Part shown: in pieces, positions 29,247-38,382 of the stretch
Layout of the letters: every line of letters starts with the position of its first letter
Numbering within the stretch: the stretch's first letter is position 1
Assembly (NCBI GenBank): GCA_028690155.1
Contig: JAQVBU010000008.1
Coordinates: 7,593 to 71,592 of the forward strand
Length of the DNA stretch: 64,000 bases
Source: Alphaproteobacteria bacterium
Lineage (GTDB): Bacteria; Pseudomonadota; Alphaproteobacteria; UBA9219
Reading direction: 5' to 3'
Translations under genes and position numbers: made by a program
The notes under the pieces: model-generated
Seen by the model: only the letters and a program-made list of their open reading frames with translations
Database searches by the model: none
Told to the model about the DNA's origin: nothing

Positions 29247-29570
29247 TTATTCCTCCCTGTGGATACTTCGATCCGCATCGAAACCATGAGGGTATCGCTT
29301 CCAGAGCTTGTCGAGGTTCGATTGGGCGATTTCATCCAGGGTTAGCCCGAGCCCCGTAGCAATCTCGGCCGCGTACCAGAGGACGTCTCCGAGTTCCTCG
29401 GCCATGTGCTTCTTATCCAGATCGTGCCCCTGATACAGGTGCTTCTTGAGCAGGTCTGCGCATTCACCTGTCTCGCCGCTCAGGCCGAGGATTCCGTTCC
29501 TGATCTTCTCTGCCGCGCTCGATGTGTTGCTCGTTCGCTGCGCAAACTTCTGATACTCCGTGAAATTCAT
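29247..29570 (-). CDS. MazG-like nucleotide pyrophosphohydrolase
   Basis: EYQKFAQRT...LGLSGETGECADLLKK...ELGDVLWYAAEIA matches the MazG/NTP-PPase helix pair. Confidence 0.65.
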   Translation of the reverse strand: MNFTEYQKFAQRTSNTSSAAEKIRNGILGLSGETGECADLLKKHLYQGHDLDKKHMAEELGDVLWYAAEIATGLGLTLDEIAQSNLDKLWKRYPHGFDADRSIHREE

Positions 29571-29575
29571 GCTTG

Positions 29576-29776
29576 TTACTCCTTGTACTGACACCCGCAA
29601 AGCGGGCAGAATTTCGCCGTGGGGAAATTGTGCTTGTTTACCGCATAGGCGGCCTCGCCGCACTTGCACCCGTTCTCTCTGTCGCGCTTTTCCTTCAACG
29701 CTTGCCAAACGAGATCGCAGAACGGCTTGCTTCCGTCGCCGTCATAGAAAACCATCGCCCTTTCAACGTCCTTCAT
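29576..29776 (-). CDS. small zinc-finger protein
   Basis: CKCGEA...CPLCGC. Confidence 0.3.
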   Translation of the reverse strand: MKDVERAMVFYDGDGSKPFCDLVWQALKEKRDRENGCKCGEAAYAVNKHNFPTAKFCPLCGCQYKE

Positions 29777-30246
29777 GCCGACACCCTCCCGTCTTGCTGT
29801 TTGGATCTTTTGGCTGCCCGGTCATACATTACGATGCTTCCGGCGACCGCGACGTTATAGCAATGATCGCCGAGTATTTGAACCACATCTTTGCAGCGCG
29901 CGAGCACCTTCTGGGGGATGCCGTTATCCTCTGCACCGAGAAGGTAAATGCACCGATCCAGATGCCCGTAGCCCTCAAGCGGAATCGAGCGCTCGTCGAG
30001 CTCGACCGCAACAATTGGGCAGCCGCTCGGGATGTGCTCGATGAAGTCATCCCACGTCGGGTAGTTGAAAAGCGGGATGTGCTTCGGTGCTTTTGCGGTA
30101 TCGGAGCATTGATGCGAATACCTCCTACCAACCGTGAAAATGAAACTCGCGCCTAGTATCGAAGCGCTTCTCCAAAGCGTGCCGATGTTCTGCTCGGTTT
30201 TCCCATTGAAAATACCAATCCCGAAGTATCCTCTACCGCTATCCAT
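29773..30246 (-). CDS. SpoU/TrmL-like RNA 2'-O-methyltransferase (SPOUT class)
   Basis: NIGTLWRSASILGA (motif 1), YLLGAEDNGIP (motif 2), NVAVAGSIVMYD (motif 3); about 157 aa like TrmL. Confidence 0.6.
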   Translation of the reverse strand: MDSGRGYFGIGIFNGKTEQNIGTLWRSASILGASFIFTVGRRYSHQCSDTAKAPKHIPLFNYPTWDDFIEHIPSGCPIVAVELDERSIPLEGYGHLDRCIYLLGAEDNGIPQKVLARCKDVVQILGDHCYNVAVAGSIVMYDRAAKRSKQQDGRVSA

Positions 30247-30445
30247 GTGCCTGCCCCCTTTGCATGGCATCCGAATCCGTCTCCGGCGCCCGAACGATGA
30301 TCCCGAGTTCCTCCGCGAGTTTGTACTGGTTAAGCTCCATGAGGCATCGCAGTATGAACTCCGCGCTGCGGCTCATTGGCTTTGTGCCTCCGTGGCTTGA
30401 TGCCAAGCGGTCGATTACGGCTTCGAGCGCAGTCCTGCTAATCAT
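30239..30445 (-). CDS. hypothetical protein
   Basis: 68-aa ORF. Confidence 0.25.
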   Translation of the reverse strand: MISRTALEAVIDRLASSHGGTKPMSRSAEFILRCLMELNQYKLAEELGIIVRAPETDSDAMQRGQAHG

Positions 30446-31335
30446 CAGTCAGCCCCCAGCATCTTTTTCATGTCGGAGAAGCGCTTCTCCGCTTCTTCGC
30501 ATCTCCACGACGGACCGCGGAACTCAATCGGGAAACAGACCTCAAATATCCTGTCGTAGATGCGCATGTACCGGATGTCGCCACAATTCTGCATCGTCGC
30601 AAGGTTCATGTTCGTTGTGAGGATCATCGGCAATCGCGCTCGGTATCGGCTATCGACGATGTTGTAAACCTTTTCTATCGCAGTGTCTGTGCTGCGCTCC
30701 GCTCCCAAATCATCAATAATGAGTAGTTTCGCACGATTGATTCGTTTGATGATCGTTTCCTCATCCTCGTCGTTGGAACCATATTGCTTGATCGTCGATA
30801 ACAGCTTCACGAAGGACGTCATGACGACAGGCACTTGTCGATCAAGCAGATAGTTCGCAATACACGCGGCAGCAAACGTCTTCCCGGTTCCAGGCGCCCC
30901 GTAAAGGAGCAACCCCTGGTTGTTGGAAGCCATTTCATCGAATCGTTCCGAGTATCGCTTGGTAAACTTGAGGACGCGCTGATTGTGTTCTGTCGGCGTA
31001 AAGGCATCAAATGTACTCTCTCGAAACTTCTCGTCGATCAAACTGGCCTTTCGCAGCTTCTCAACGCGTTCCATGTCCTCCTTGTTCTTCTTGATGCGCT
31101 GTTCTTCCTCAATCGCCTTCTCGCGGCACTTGCACGTGCAATACACGGTCACAATTCCGTTGTCTCCCAGCTCCGGGAGATGCATGTTGATTCTGGTTTG
31201 CTTTCGCGTGTGGCAATTCCCGCAGTAAATCAAACCATCTTCGCCTGTATAGTCGCCTTCATTATGACTTTCTGCGAATTTTGAGAAAGCCTCGATCACT
31301 GTCTTTTTGAAACCTACGTTACGCATGCTTTCCAT
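30445..31335 (-). CDS. DnaC/IstB-like helicase loader ATPase
   Basis: Walker A LLLYGAPGTGKTFAA; Walker B LLIIDDLGAE; N-terminal zinc ribbon. Confidence 0.75.
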   Translation of the reverse strand: MESMRNVGFKKTVIEAFSKFAESHNEGDYTGEDGLIYCGNCHTRKQTRINMHLPELGDNGIVTVYCTCKCREKAIEEEQRIKKNKEDMERVEKLRKASLIDEKFRESTFDAFTPTEHNQRVLKFTKRYSERFDEMASNNQGLLLYGAPGTGKTFAAACIANYLLDRQVPVVMTSFVKLLSTIKQYGSNDEDEETIIKRINRAKLLIIDDLGAERSTDTAIEKVYNIVDSRYRARLPMILTTNMNLATMQNCGDIRYMRIYDRIFEVCFPIEFRGPSWRCEEAEKRFSDMKKMLGAD

Positions 31336-31346
31336 GTAAATACCTC

Positions 31347-32225
31347 CTACGGCCGGCGCGAGAACGGATTCACATCGTCATCGAGCGGCGGGGTGGGCAC
31401 GTACTGATTGCGATCTCTGACAACACCCTGCGAACCGCCCCGATTCTGATCTCTTGCAAGCCACGAGTTGATAAATCTCTTAATTCCGCTCCGCGTTTTT
31501 CTGCGTGTTGGGTTGCCGTCAAGCCATCCCGCCATGCTACGCAAAGCCTGTAGCATATTCACAGCCGGATATAGCTGCGTATACTTGTCCACTTCCAGCT
31601 GTGAAACGTCGTATGTAGTCCCGTCGTTCAATATCAAGGAAATTACCACAGGGCTTTCCGGTGCTTCCGGCGTGGAGGTGCTTGGCAACTCCGCGCGACT
31701 TCTTTGTTTCCTTTTCTTTCCTTTTATCTCATCTACTTTGGTTTTGGCATCATCTTCGGGGAGAACATCGCCATCTTCGGGGAGAACATCGCCATCTTCG
31801 GATACAAAAACCAATCCTTGGGATTCTTTCGCGCCCAAGAGCCAGTATTTGTGTATCACGGATTTACAGGAACGTTTCTGTATTGCGTCAACGTATCTCC
31901 GCTGGATGCCTCTACTCGTCAGCACACCATCCTCCTCGAACGGCCTGTCGTGAAACAGCCCAATCCGCAAGCATGTGGCGACCGTCTGCTTAACGGTCTC
32001 GGACCCAATACCACCGCCCATTCGACGCGCAGTCGTGGCCGCATTGGCATAGCTCCAACGGTAGAAATATCCCTCGGACCCGTAAGCCCTTTGGCAAAGG
32101 TAGAAGTAGATCGAGAAGCCTATCCATCCCTGAGCGTCAATCAGCTCGTCGATCTTGGTGTCGTTTTCAAAGATGTCAACGTTCCATCCGGCATAACTGA
32201 TGCCCCTTTTCGGCTTGCCGGCCAT
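31347..32225 (-). CDS. phage replisome organiser / DnaD-like replication initiation protein
   Basis: N-terminal replisome-organiser-like region (WIGFSIYFYLCQRAYG). Internal VLPEDGD tandem repeat. Positioned upstream of the DnaC-like gene. Confidence 0.55.
   Translation of the reverse strand: MAGKPKRGISYAGWNVDIFENDTKIDELIDAQGWIGFSIYFYLCQRAYGSEGYFYRWSYANAATTARRMGGGIGSETVKQTVATCLRIGLFHDRPFEEDGVLTSRGIQRRYVDAIQKRSCKSVIHKYWLLGAKESQGLVFVSEDGDVLPEDGDVLPEDDAKTKVDEIKGKKRKQRSRAELPSTSTPEAPESPVVISLILNDGTTYDVSQLEVDKYTQLYPAVNMLQALRSMAGWLDGNPTRRKTRSGIKRFINSWLARDQNRGGSQGVVRDRNQYVPTPPLDDDVNPFSRRP
31750..31799. repeat. tandem 21-bp direct repeat (about 2.4 copies) inside the replisome organiser gene
   Basis: catcttcggggagaacatcgc repeated twice, followed by a partial third copy. 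Confidence 0.7.
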
Positions 32226-32370
32226 CGGGGAATTTCGCCTCCCTCCATATAAACCGCCTCCTCGGTTGCATGATTTTGCGGTAAGTCGCTCCCTTGCGAG
32301 GCAATGAAACCGAGAATCGTTCCGCGCCCGCGGCGAATCGAGCGCGGAGATCGTGTGCTGTCATCGCGAC

Positions 32371-32991
32371 TTACTTAGACTTCGTATACAAGGCCTTTTC
32401 AGTATCCCAACCAAGCCTGTCAATTCGAGCAGTAATTGACATTGCGCTGACGCCGGTTGTAACGCTCCACTCAGCAACTGTTTTTGAAATACCATTGCAT
32501 ACGATCACTCGGTTGCTCCTCCGGTTGTTGCTTTGCCGTTTCGCGGTGGCAAATCTACAATTCTCCGGAGAATAGTTGCCGTTCACATCCATTCGGTCTA
32601 TGGACAGATCATCTGCATAGCCGTTTTGCATCGCCCAAGCATGAAAGTGTTCGAAGCTTTCAAGCCATTCGGAACAAATGGTGATTCCGCGGCCTCCATA
32701 TCTCGGATAGTTGCTGGCGTTCTGGTTATAACATCGCTTCCTCATCCCTTTCCATATAGAATAAAGTCGTGTATGGGATTGGCCGTGCACAGTATGCGCG
32801 CCAGACCGTACGATCTCCTGTTTCAGGCACCCACAACTCAGCGTATGACTGCGAGTTAGGTTACCTTGTAGAACGATGACCGATTTACCGCACTCGCATT
32901 GGCACAGCCACTTACGCTTTCCGGTTCCATCAACTAAACTGATGGCCGTAAGTCTGCCGAATTTCTGATTGTACAAATCCCTCGTGTACAT
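32371..32991 (-). CDS. zinc-finger DNA-binding protein with YGGRGI-type motif (HNH-associated / AP2-like fold)
   Basis: CQCECGK...CGC zinc finger, then YSIWKGMRKRCYNQNASNYPRYGGRGITICSEW. Confidence 0.35.
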   Translation of the reverse strand: MYTRDLYNQKFGRLTAISLVDGTGKRKWLCQCECGKSVIVLQGNLTRSHTLSCGCLKQEIVRSGAHTVHGQSHTRLYSIWKGMRKRCYNQNASNYPRYGGRGITICSEWLESFEHFHAWAMQNGYADDLSIDRMDVNGNYSPENCRFATAKRQSNNRRSNRVIVCNGISKTVAEWSVTTGVSAMSITARIDRLGWDTEKALYTKSK

Positions 32992-32995
32992 TTCC

Positions 32996-35900
32996 CTACT
33001 CCAGACTAGCGTGGCTACCGCCCTCGTCCTTGAATACATAGATGGCTTGCGGAAACCTTGCTGACATTTCTTTGTCGTGCGTGATAATCATGACTTTCTT
33101 GTCCGGATAACGGCCTTGGATGTTCTCTACAGCTTCGCAGTACGATTGAACGCCTTGACTATCTAAAAATGGAGGTTCGTCAATGGCGATGAATCCAATC
33201 TGCACGCCAGCATCGGCGCTCTTGACCTCAGCGAGTGCCAGGATAACGGAGAGTGCAACCTTGACGCGCTCGCCGCCGCTACGCGACAGGTACGGGAGCC
33301 TTCCGGTATCTGCGTCGGAGATGATGATGTCGAGCGTAACGACCTCCTTTTTGTTGTTGGATTTCATCACCTTCTCGGTGACGAGCTCGACGGACATCTT
33401 GCCGCCCGTCATCTGACCAAGGATGTTTGAGGCCGTCGCCTCGAGCAGCGGAACGACAGACCGAACGATGGAGTGCGGAATGCCGTTGTTACTGAAAGCG
33501 CGCTTTAGGGCGTCGCAGAACGCGGCAATCCGGCTCTCGGCAGCTATCTCCGTGGACAGGGACAGCATGTCCGTAGCTATCTGCTCGGCTTGCAGGAGGT
33601 CGTTTGCGAGTCCACCCTTGACGGCCATATGCCGATCTCGCTCGCCGTTGAGCGCGGATATCTGGTCGGAGAGCGCGGAAACGGATTGCCTCACTTGGTC
33701 GATTCCCGTGGAAAGAACCAGCTCGCCGGCGAGGCGCTCCTTCTTGTCGATTGCTTGTTTGTCGAGATCATCCACATCGGCCTGAATCTCCTTGATCCTG
33801 GCGGACGTTGACGCAAGACGCTCTTTGGCGATAAGCAAGCCCCTCTCGCGCTCGATGTAATGAGCGGATGCGGTGACCTCATCGCTCGCCTTGCTACACG
33901 CCGCGACAATCCCGCTCATCGGGATCAGCTTCGTTTCGATGGCCACCTGATCCGCGTTCAGTGTCGCGGATTTTTCTATGAGGGCAGTGATCTGGATGTC
34001 GAACTGTTCAATGCTCCGCCGCCGTTCCTCCAATTCGCCGCGTAGCTTCTCAAGCCCGAGATACGCCGTTGCGCTTGCGGCGAGGGCTTGCCGAGATGCC
34101 TCGAGGCGAGTGATCGCATCATCTGGCACGGCAGCCGCGTCTCGGGTGGCGCGCAGAGCGGAGATATTCACTTCTCCATCAGCGACAACCTTCTTCGCTT
34201 GCTCTGTCTTGTTTTCATGCTCGCGGACTGCCGGCTCAATCTGTGACTGCGCCTCGACCGCATCTTTCAAGAACTTGCATGTCGCTGATTCCAGAACAGG
34301 ACAACCGCTGTCAATCAGCAGGGACGCGCGACGCTGCAGGTCGGCGATCTGGGTTCTGCGGAGGGTGAAGGCGGCGCGGTATTCTTGGCGCACGGCTTCG
34401 AGCTTGTGCGATGCTTCGGATAACGCCTTGTCCGCCTCACGATAGGCGTCCCGCTTTGCATGGGCCGCCTTGATCTCGTCCCCAAGTCGCTGATATTCCT
34501 CGTGCTTTGCGCGAAGGTCAGCCTCCATGCTGAGCGTAGAGGACACGCGTTCGGCGTTCAAAACGGCTTGCTCCCGCAGTCCCTTTACGAAACGCGCGGT
34601 GTCCCCGGCGTCCTTGAGCGCAGCTTTCGTGTTCGCCAAATTGGAGAGCAGCGCGTCGTGTTCAGCCTTCTTCTTGAGCAGCGCGTCTCGGGCCGCCACG
34701 GCAGAATGATAACGTTCTACGCCGTCCATGATCTCGCGCTCCGACGAAACGACACCCTTTGCGCTGTCGAAGGCTGCCCGATGCTGGTCGAGTGATAACC
34801 GGAGGGACCTGCCCTTCGTGGCAATGGCATCAATCTCTACGGCAAGCGCATCGGCGCGCTTCTTCGCGGACTCGAGATTTCCAAGCGCAAGGCTTGATTC
34901 TTCGAGTTGCTTGCGTGTAGATTCGATGCTCGCGTCGAGCGCAGTTATCGAGCTGTCCTCGACGGCAATCTTCGCCTTCACATTGTCAACATCCGGCATG
35001 CGCGCCGAGAGATCGTCCTTTCGGACCTGTAGCTGGCGTACCAAGCGGTTTGCATCGGCCGACTTTTCCGTAGCGACATCCTCCATCTCGTCGTAGATAC
35101 CGAGCCCGAGGATGTCGGAGAGGATTTTCATGCGGCTCTCCTTGTCCGCTTGGAGGAACAGGCCGTATTGATCTTGCATGATAAGGGCGCAGGCGCGCAG
35201 CGTCATGCCGTCCATGCCGATTGTGCGTTCGATCTCGGTTTGGGTATCGCGCAGTTTCTCGCGGCTCCGGTCAACCCATTGGCCGTCCACGTATTCAGAC
35301 AGGTTGAGCGTTGCCTTGCCGGACTTGACACGCGTTCGAGCGACTCGAAAGACCTTCTCGCCAACGCGGAAAGTGAACTTAATGGCACCCGACTTCACGC
35401 GCTCGTCGTTGCAGATCCATCCGGTCAAATCGCCTTCGCGCGGTTCCTCGAAAAGCGCGTCATAGATGGCGTCCATGAATAAGCTCGACTTGCCGACGCC
35501 GTTCTGCCCGTTTACGGTGCAGAAACGAACATCATCGAAGCTGAATGTCTCCTGCCTGTAATTGCGATAATTGGTCACGTCGATCTCTACGGGTACAAAC
35601 AAGCCGTGCGGCTTCGTGGCGCGTCCCTTCGCCATTACGACATCAATAATCTCGCGGGCAAGGGGCATCATCGCCTCGATGTCCTCCAGATCGGTGCCGT
35701 TTTCGAGGAGATATGTCCGGAGGTTGGTTTCCGGATCATTCTCGCTGGACATGGCTTTCTTGCTGACGGTAATGGTGATCTTCTCCGGGGTGATCTCCTG
35801 AACCCAGAACGCGCCGTTGTCGTACAGGTATCTCTCCATCTGCGCACGGTTGAATCCTCGGTTGGCTTCGTCCGTGCAGTTGTAGAGCACGCGGACGATT

Positions 35901-36820
35901 GCTCCGTCCACGTCGTAGAACGGCAGCATCCCGGAGAGGTTGAAATCCTCCACGTCGCGCCCGTCGAGGCGAATCGTTTTGAATTTCCGCGCGGGAAGTT
36001 CATGCATATCACTGGTGACGCCATCCGGCACCAGGTCATGCACATAAAAGCCGCGCGGCTGGTTCTCGTCATTGAAATTGAAAGCGTTCACGGCACCGGA
36101 ATAGAAGGTGTGGCCGCCCAAATCCTGTGGGCGGTGGATGTGTCCAAACAAGCATAGGTCGTAATTCGCAACTTCAAGCGCGCGCCGGCTGACGACAGGC
36201 TCGAATTGCGAGAACATCATGGTCTGCCCGGATTCAGTATTACAACCATCGACGGTGTAGTGGCCGACGAGCACGCATGGGATGCTTCTTTCGCACATGG
36301 CGCGCATGCCCACGACCATCTTATCGAGGTTCTCCGAAAGCTCAACGTTCTCGTTTTCGCGGTCGATGCCGGGGTTGTGAGCGCGCCAATACCCCCGGTC
36401 GAATCCGGGTAGCGCGCAGACACATACCGTTTCGCCGGAGCGCGTGGCAATCATATGCGAACCTGGCTCGGTAAGTATGTGAACATCAGGATTGCCGGAA
36501 AAGAACTGTTTCAGCATGTCGAAGTGCTTTGCCCCGTCATGATTCGGCGTACCGCGCAGTACTATTACGGGCGCAATTTTTGCAAGGGCGGCAATGCGCG
36601 TCGCGGCGATTTCCACCTCATGTATTCCTCGATCGCTCCATGTCCGGGCGGCGTGAAACACGTCGCCCGCGACAACGGACAGGTCGATATTGAGCGCGCC
36701 GGCGCGGTCGATCAGCGTGTCGATGCACCGGAGTGTATCAAGAGCACGCGCGTTTTGCCCGTCTTGCGTGGGGCCGGGAAAATCGCCGATATGCCAGTCG
36801 GCTGAATGCAATAACCTCAT
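32996..36820 (-). CDS. sbcDC: fused SbcD(Mre11)-SbcC(Rad50) nuclease/ATPase, single 1275-aa polypeptide
   Basis: N-terminus: DWHIGD, AGDVFHA, NHDG, GHIH phosphoesterase motifs. Middle/C-terminus: Walker A NGQNGVGKSS, long coiled coils, signature LSRSGGERVKVALS, Walker B IAIDEPPFLD, H-loop IITHD. ATG at 36820 preceded by GGAGG. Confidence 0.75.
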   Translation of the reverse strand: MRLLHSADWHIGDFPGPTQDGQNARALDTLRCIDTLIDRAGALNIDLSVVAGDVFHAARTWSDRGIHEVEIAATRIAALAKIAPVIVLRGTPNHDGAKHFDMLKQFFSGNPDVHILTEPGSHMIATRSGETVCVCALPGFDRGYWRAHNPGIDRENENVELSENLDKMVVGMRAMCERSIPCVLVGHYTVDGCNTESGQTMMFSQFEPVVSRRALEVANYDLCLFGHIHRPQDLGGHTFYSGAVNAFNFNDENQPRGFYVHDLVPDGVTSDMHELPARKFKTIRLDGRDVEDFNLSGMLPFYDVDGAIVRVLYNCTDEANRGFNRAQMERYLYDNGAFWVQEITPEKITITVSKKAMSSENDPETNLRTYLLENGTDLEDIEAMMPLAREIIDVVMAKGRATKPHGLFVPVEIDVTNYRNYRQETFSFDDVRFCTVNGQNGVGKSSLFMDAIYDALFEEPREGDLTGWICNDERVKSGAIKFTFRVGEKVFRVARTRVKSGKATLNLSEYVDGQWVDRSREKLRDTQTEIERTIGMDGMTLRACALIMQDQYGLFLQADKESRMKILSDILGLGIYDEMEDVATEKSADANRLVRQLQVRKDDLSARMPDVDNVKAKIAVEDSSITALDASIESTRKQLEESSLALGNLESAKKRADALAVEIDAIATKGRSLRLSLDQHRAAFDSAKGVVSSEREIMDGVERYHSAVAARDALLKKKAEHDALLSNLANTKAALKDAGDTARFVKGLREQAVLNAERVSSTLSMEADLRAKHEEYQRLGDEIKAAHAKRDAYREADKALSEASHKLEAVRQEYRAAFTLRRTQIADLQRRASLLIDSGCPVLESATCKFLKDAVEAQSQIEPAVREHENKTEQAKKVVADGEVNISALRATRDAAAVPDDAITRLEASRQALAASATAYLGLEKLRGELEERRRSIEQFDIQITALIEKSATLNADQVAIETKLIPMSGIVAACSKASDEVTASAHYIERERGLLIAKERLASTSARIKEIQADVDDLDKQAIDKKERLAGELVLSTGIDQVRQSVSALSDQISALNGERDRHMAVKGGLANDLLQAEQIATDMLSLSTEIAAESRIAAFCDALKRAFSNNGIPHSIVRSVVPLLEATASNILGQMTGGKMSVELVTEKVMKSNNKKEVVTLDIIISDADTGRLPYLSRSGGERVKVALSVILALAEVKSADAGVQIGFIAIDEPPFLDSQGVQSYCEAVENIQGRYPDKKVMIITHDKEMSARFPQAIYVFKDEGGSHASLE

Positions 36821-37332
36821 TTTAATGCCTCCTTCGCGTAAGTCCACGTAAACCCGCCAGCGCTCTTCCGTTTTCCCTTGCAGCACTTGCAGATGTCTTC
36901 CTCGGATACTCGGTTGCTGAGCGACGCCTCCTTGATACTCCCATACGTGGCGATCCTTGCTCCTTCGTAGTACTGCTTAACCATGCGGGGCATGTTTGCT
37001 GGTGGCGCCGACGTGAGTCCAGTTCTCCATGCGTGATCGGCATTCTCCCTGTGTGAAACCCACTCAAGGTTTTCGACTGAATTATCGGACTTATCTCCGT
37101 TCTTGTGATTCACCTCGCGTTTGTTTTCAGGATTCGGAATGAATGCCTCCGCTACTATTCGGTGTCTACGCATCTGCAAACGACGGCCATTTTTGCATAG
37201 AGCATCTTGAACATATCCTTGAGAGCGGCTATTTTCTCCGAGCACTTTATTACTCCTGACGTTCCTCAAGCGCCCTTCTGAGCTAACTTCGTACACTCCT
37301 TCGTATCCATTCACAGGCTTCCAATATTCCAT
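36817..37332 (-). CDS. HNH homing endonuclease (NUMOD4 + HNH_3)
   Basis: WKPVNGYEGVYEVSSEGRLRN and RHRIVAEAFIPNPENKREVNHKNGDKSDNSVENLE. Confidence 0.7.
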   Translation of the reverse strand: MEYWKPVNGYEGVYEVSSEGRLRNVRSNKVLGENSRSQGYVQDALCKNGRRLQMRRHRIVAEAFIPNPENKREVNHKNGDKSDNSVENLEWVSHRENADHAWRTGLTSAPPANMPRMVKQYYEGARIATYGSIKEASLSNRVSEEDICKCCKGKRKSAGGFTWTYAKEALK

Positions 37333-37344
37333 GACAACCTCCTG

Positions 37345-38382
37345 CTAATGTCGAGTGTTTGCCGATCTCTGACAGGATGCGCACAAAGGCTTGCCATATT
37401 TACGAGTGGAGTACTCCACGATTCTTTCCGGCGTCCAGTTCCCGTTCGCAGTTATGACGCTGTGGCACTCTGCGCAGATAGGGAAATCAGCTTGCCGCGC
37501 CGGGTCGGGATCATCCTGGATGTACGGAGGTGTGTCATCGGGATCATGGGAATCCTGGGGTACGGTGTAGCCCGAGGATTCATCCGCGTCCAAATTCGCA
37601 CCATCGAAATGGGTAGCATCCTCCTCGTCGCTTATCTGAACCACCCTGCGCTGAACATCCTTGTTGTCAGCGCCGTAGACCGCGTTCGCGCTGGAGAAGA
37701 AGCTGTCCACAGCTTTGGCGCGAACGTCGGGATTGTCAAGGTTCGGAACGAGATACGCTACCACAAACGGCTTCTTGAGTTCCTCGAGTGTGTAGGTCGG
37801 CTTAATGAGCATTGCCGCTCGGAGCGCACGGTTCAGCGCCTTGCTCTCACAATGCTCTGTCCGGAACTTCAAAAACTGGTTCCGCTGGCTGTCGGTCATT
37901 CCGGCCACTTCGTCGGCAACGATGATCTCGCGGCTGCACTCATAGAAAATGTCCTGCCCAGTAAGCTGCGGCGCGGAGATCACGACCGTGTACTTCACAT
38001 CCTTGTTTCCGCACATGCCGCAGTTTACGGGCTTCCCGATGTTGCGGTTGACTTCCACGCACTTTTGACAGGTGGATGGAAGCACGGATTTGGAAGATAC
38101 AATCCTGATGCCGGCCGCGCGCATCAGTTTCAAAAGCCCTTTGCGCGTCAGCGCGTAGAATGTGGGATGACCCTCTCGGGTCTTGCCGTCGCGGCCTGTC
38201 CACGGGCTTTTGGCTTCCTCCTGAACGTAGACTTCCTTGTCGTTGAGATCAGTCGAGATGTATACGACATTCAAGACGGGCTTTTGAATGTCCGCGATTT
38301 CCGTGACCGTCTGGACGGGGACGAGGATGTTGTACTTGTCAATAGGATACTGCTTGGTGATCGCCAGCGCATTGTCCGACAT
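37345..38382 (-). CDS. putative recombination/single-strand annealing protein (uncertain) with acidic C-terminus and zinc ribbon
   Basis: 345 aa directly upstream of sbcDC. Call rests on context only. Confidence 0.25.
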   Translation of the reverse strand: MSDNALAITKQYPIDKYNILVPVQTVTEIADIQKPVLNVVYISTDLNDKEVYVQEEAKSPWTGRDGKTREGHPTFYALTRKGLLKLMRAAGIRIVSSKSVLPSTCQKCVEVNRNIGKPVNCGMCGNKDVKYTVVISAPQLTGQDIFYECSREIIVADEVAGMTDSQRNQFLKFRTEHCESKALNRALRAAMLIKPTYTLEELKKPFVVAYLVPNLDNPDVRAKAVDSFFSSANAVYGADNKDVQRRVVQISDEEDATHFDGANLDADESSGYTVPQDSHDPDDTPPYIQDDPDPARQADFPICAECHSVITANGNWTPERIVEYSTRKYGKPLCASCQRSANTRH

